DNA of 64,000 nucleotides from the NCBI RefSeq assembly GCF_006345805.1, contig NC_043005.1:72106001-72170000 (forward strand), given 5' to 3'. Shown piece by piece: positions 63,428 through 64,000 of this stretch. The position numbers and the translations under genes are program-made. Position 1 is the stretch's first letter. Each line of letters begins with the position of its first letter. Below the pieces are notes generated by a model that saw only the letters and a program-made list of their open reading frames with translations, searched no databases and was not told the origin of the DNA. The stretch is from Octopus sinensis (lineage: Eukaryota).

Positions 63428-64000
63428 GTTTAAATTGATGTTACTGTTACACTAGCAGTGTCCTCTCTTCATCTTCCATGCAAACATGTCTGGTCAAGGG
63501 GAAATATTACCTTACCTGGAGACAGGAGAGGATTGGCAACAAGAATAACAAGAAGAGCATCTGGCCCAAAAAAATCCACCACAGCAAAATTCCATCTGAC
63601 CAATGCAAAGATAACTGGACATTAGAACGATGACGATTATCTAACGGAAAATAACATCTCAACCTCTCAAAAAATAAAACTGAATAAATGCATAGTTTTT
63701 TTTTCATTGTTATCAGAAACATATTACTTTGGACATTGCAACCTGAATTTAACTGTAGCAGAATAGAATAATCTGATCATTTCAAATTTCTAGAAACCCT
63801 CATTGATAAGAATTTAATGGAATCTGCATAGCGAGCGAATGTAGAGGTGAATATTCAGTGCTATTGGTATCTTATCTCATACAAATATTTTTTTTATTCC
63901 TAAAAACATGCTACTTAACATATATCAGACTCTTATTGTTATCTAAAATATAGTGTTATTTTGTGTGTGTATGTGTAGGTTTGCATTGGAGTAGGTAGTT

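Overview
AT-rich eukaryotic (animal) genomic DNA, not prokaryotic. The SINE families and dense (TA)n/(CA)n/(ATCT)n microsatellites look like an Octopus genome (inference from recalled repeat sequences). The only host-gene sequence I can support is two + strand exons (5542-5722, 21978-22192). They splice in frame across a 16.3-kb GT-AG intron to give one complete CUB domain resembling SOL-1-like multi-CUB proteins. The rest appears to be intron filled with transposon relics: several modular tRNA-type SINE families, four non-autonomous Helitrons, mariner/maT deletion derivatives, hAT and piggyBac-like MITEs, and RTE, CR1/L2, R4/Dong and Penelope fragments. The main second-look signals are three separate hammerhead-ribozyme-like motifs (25240-25311 -, 56652-56780 -, 57745-57782 +), a tandem duplication with a templated insert that preserves a pre-SINE empty site, and two fold-back inverted repeats. 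Almost all ORFs in the supplied track are microsatellite or SINE artefacts. SINE family letters (A, B, C, E, F, J, K) are my own labels, and TE boundaries are approximate unless a TSD or terminus is given.
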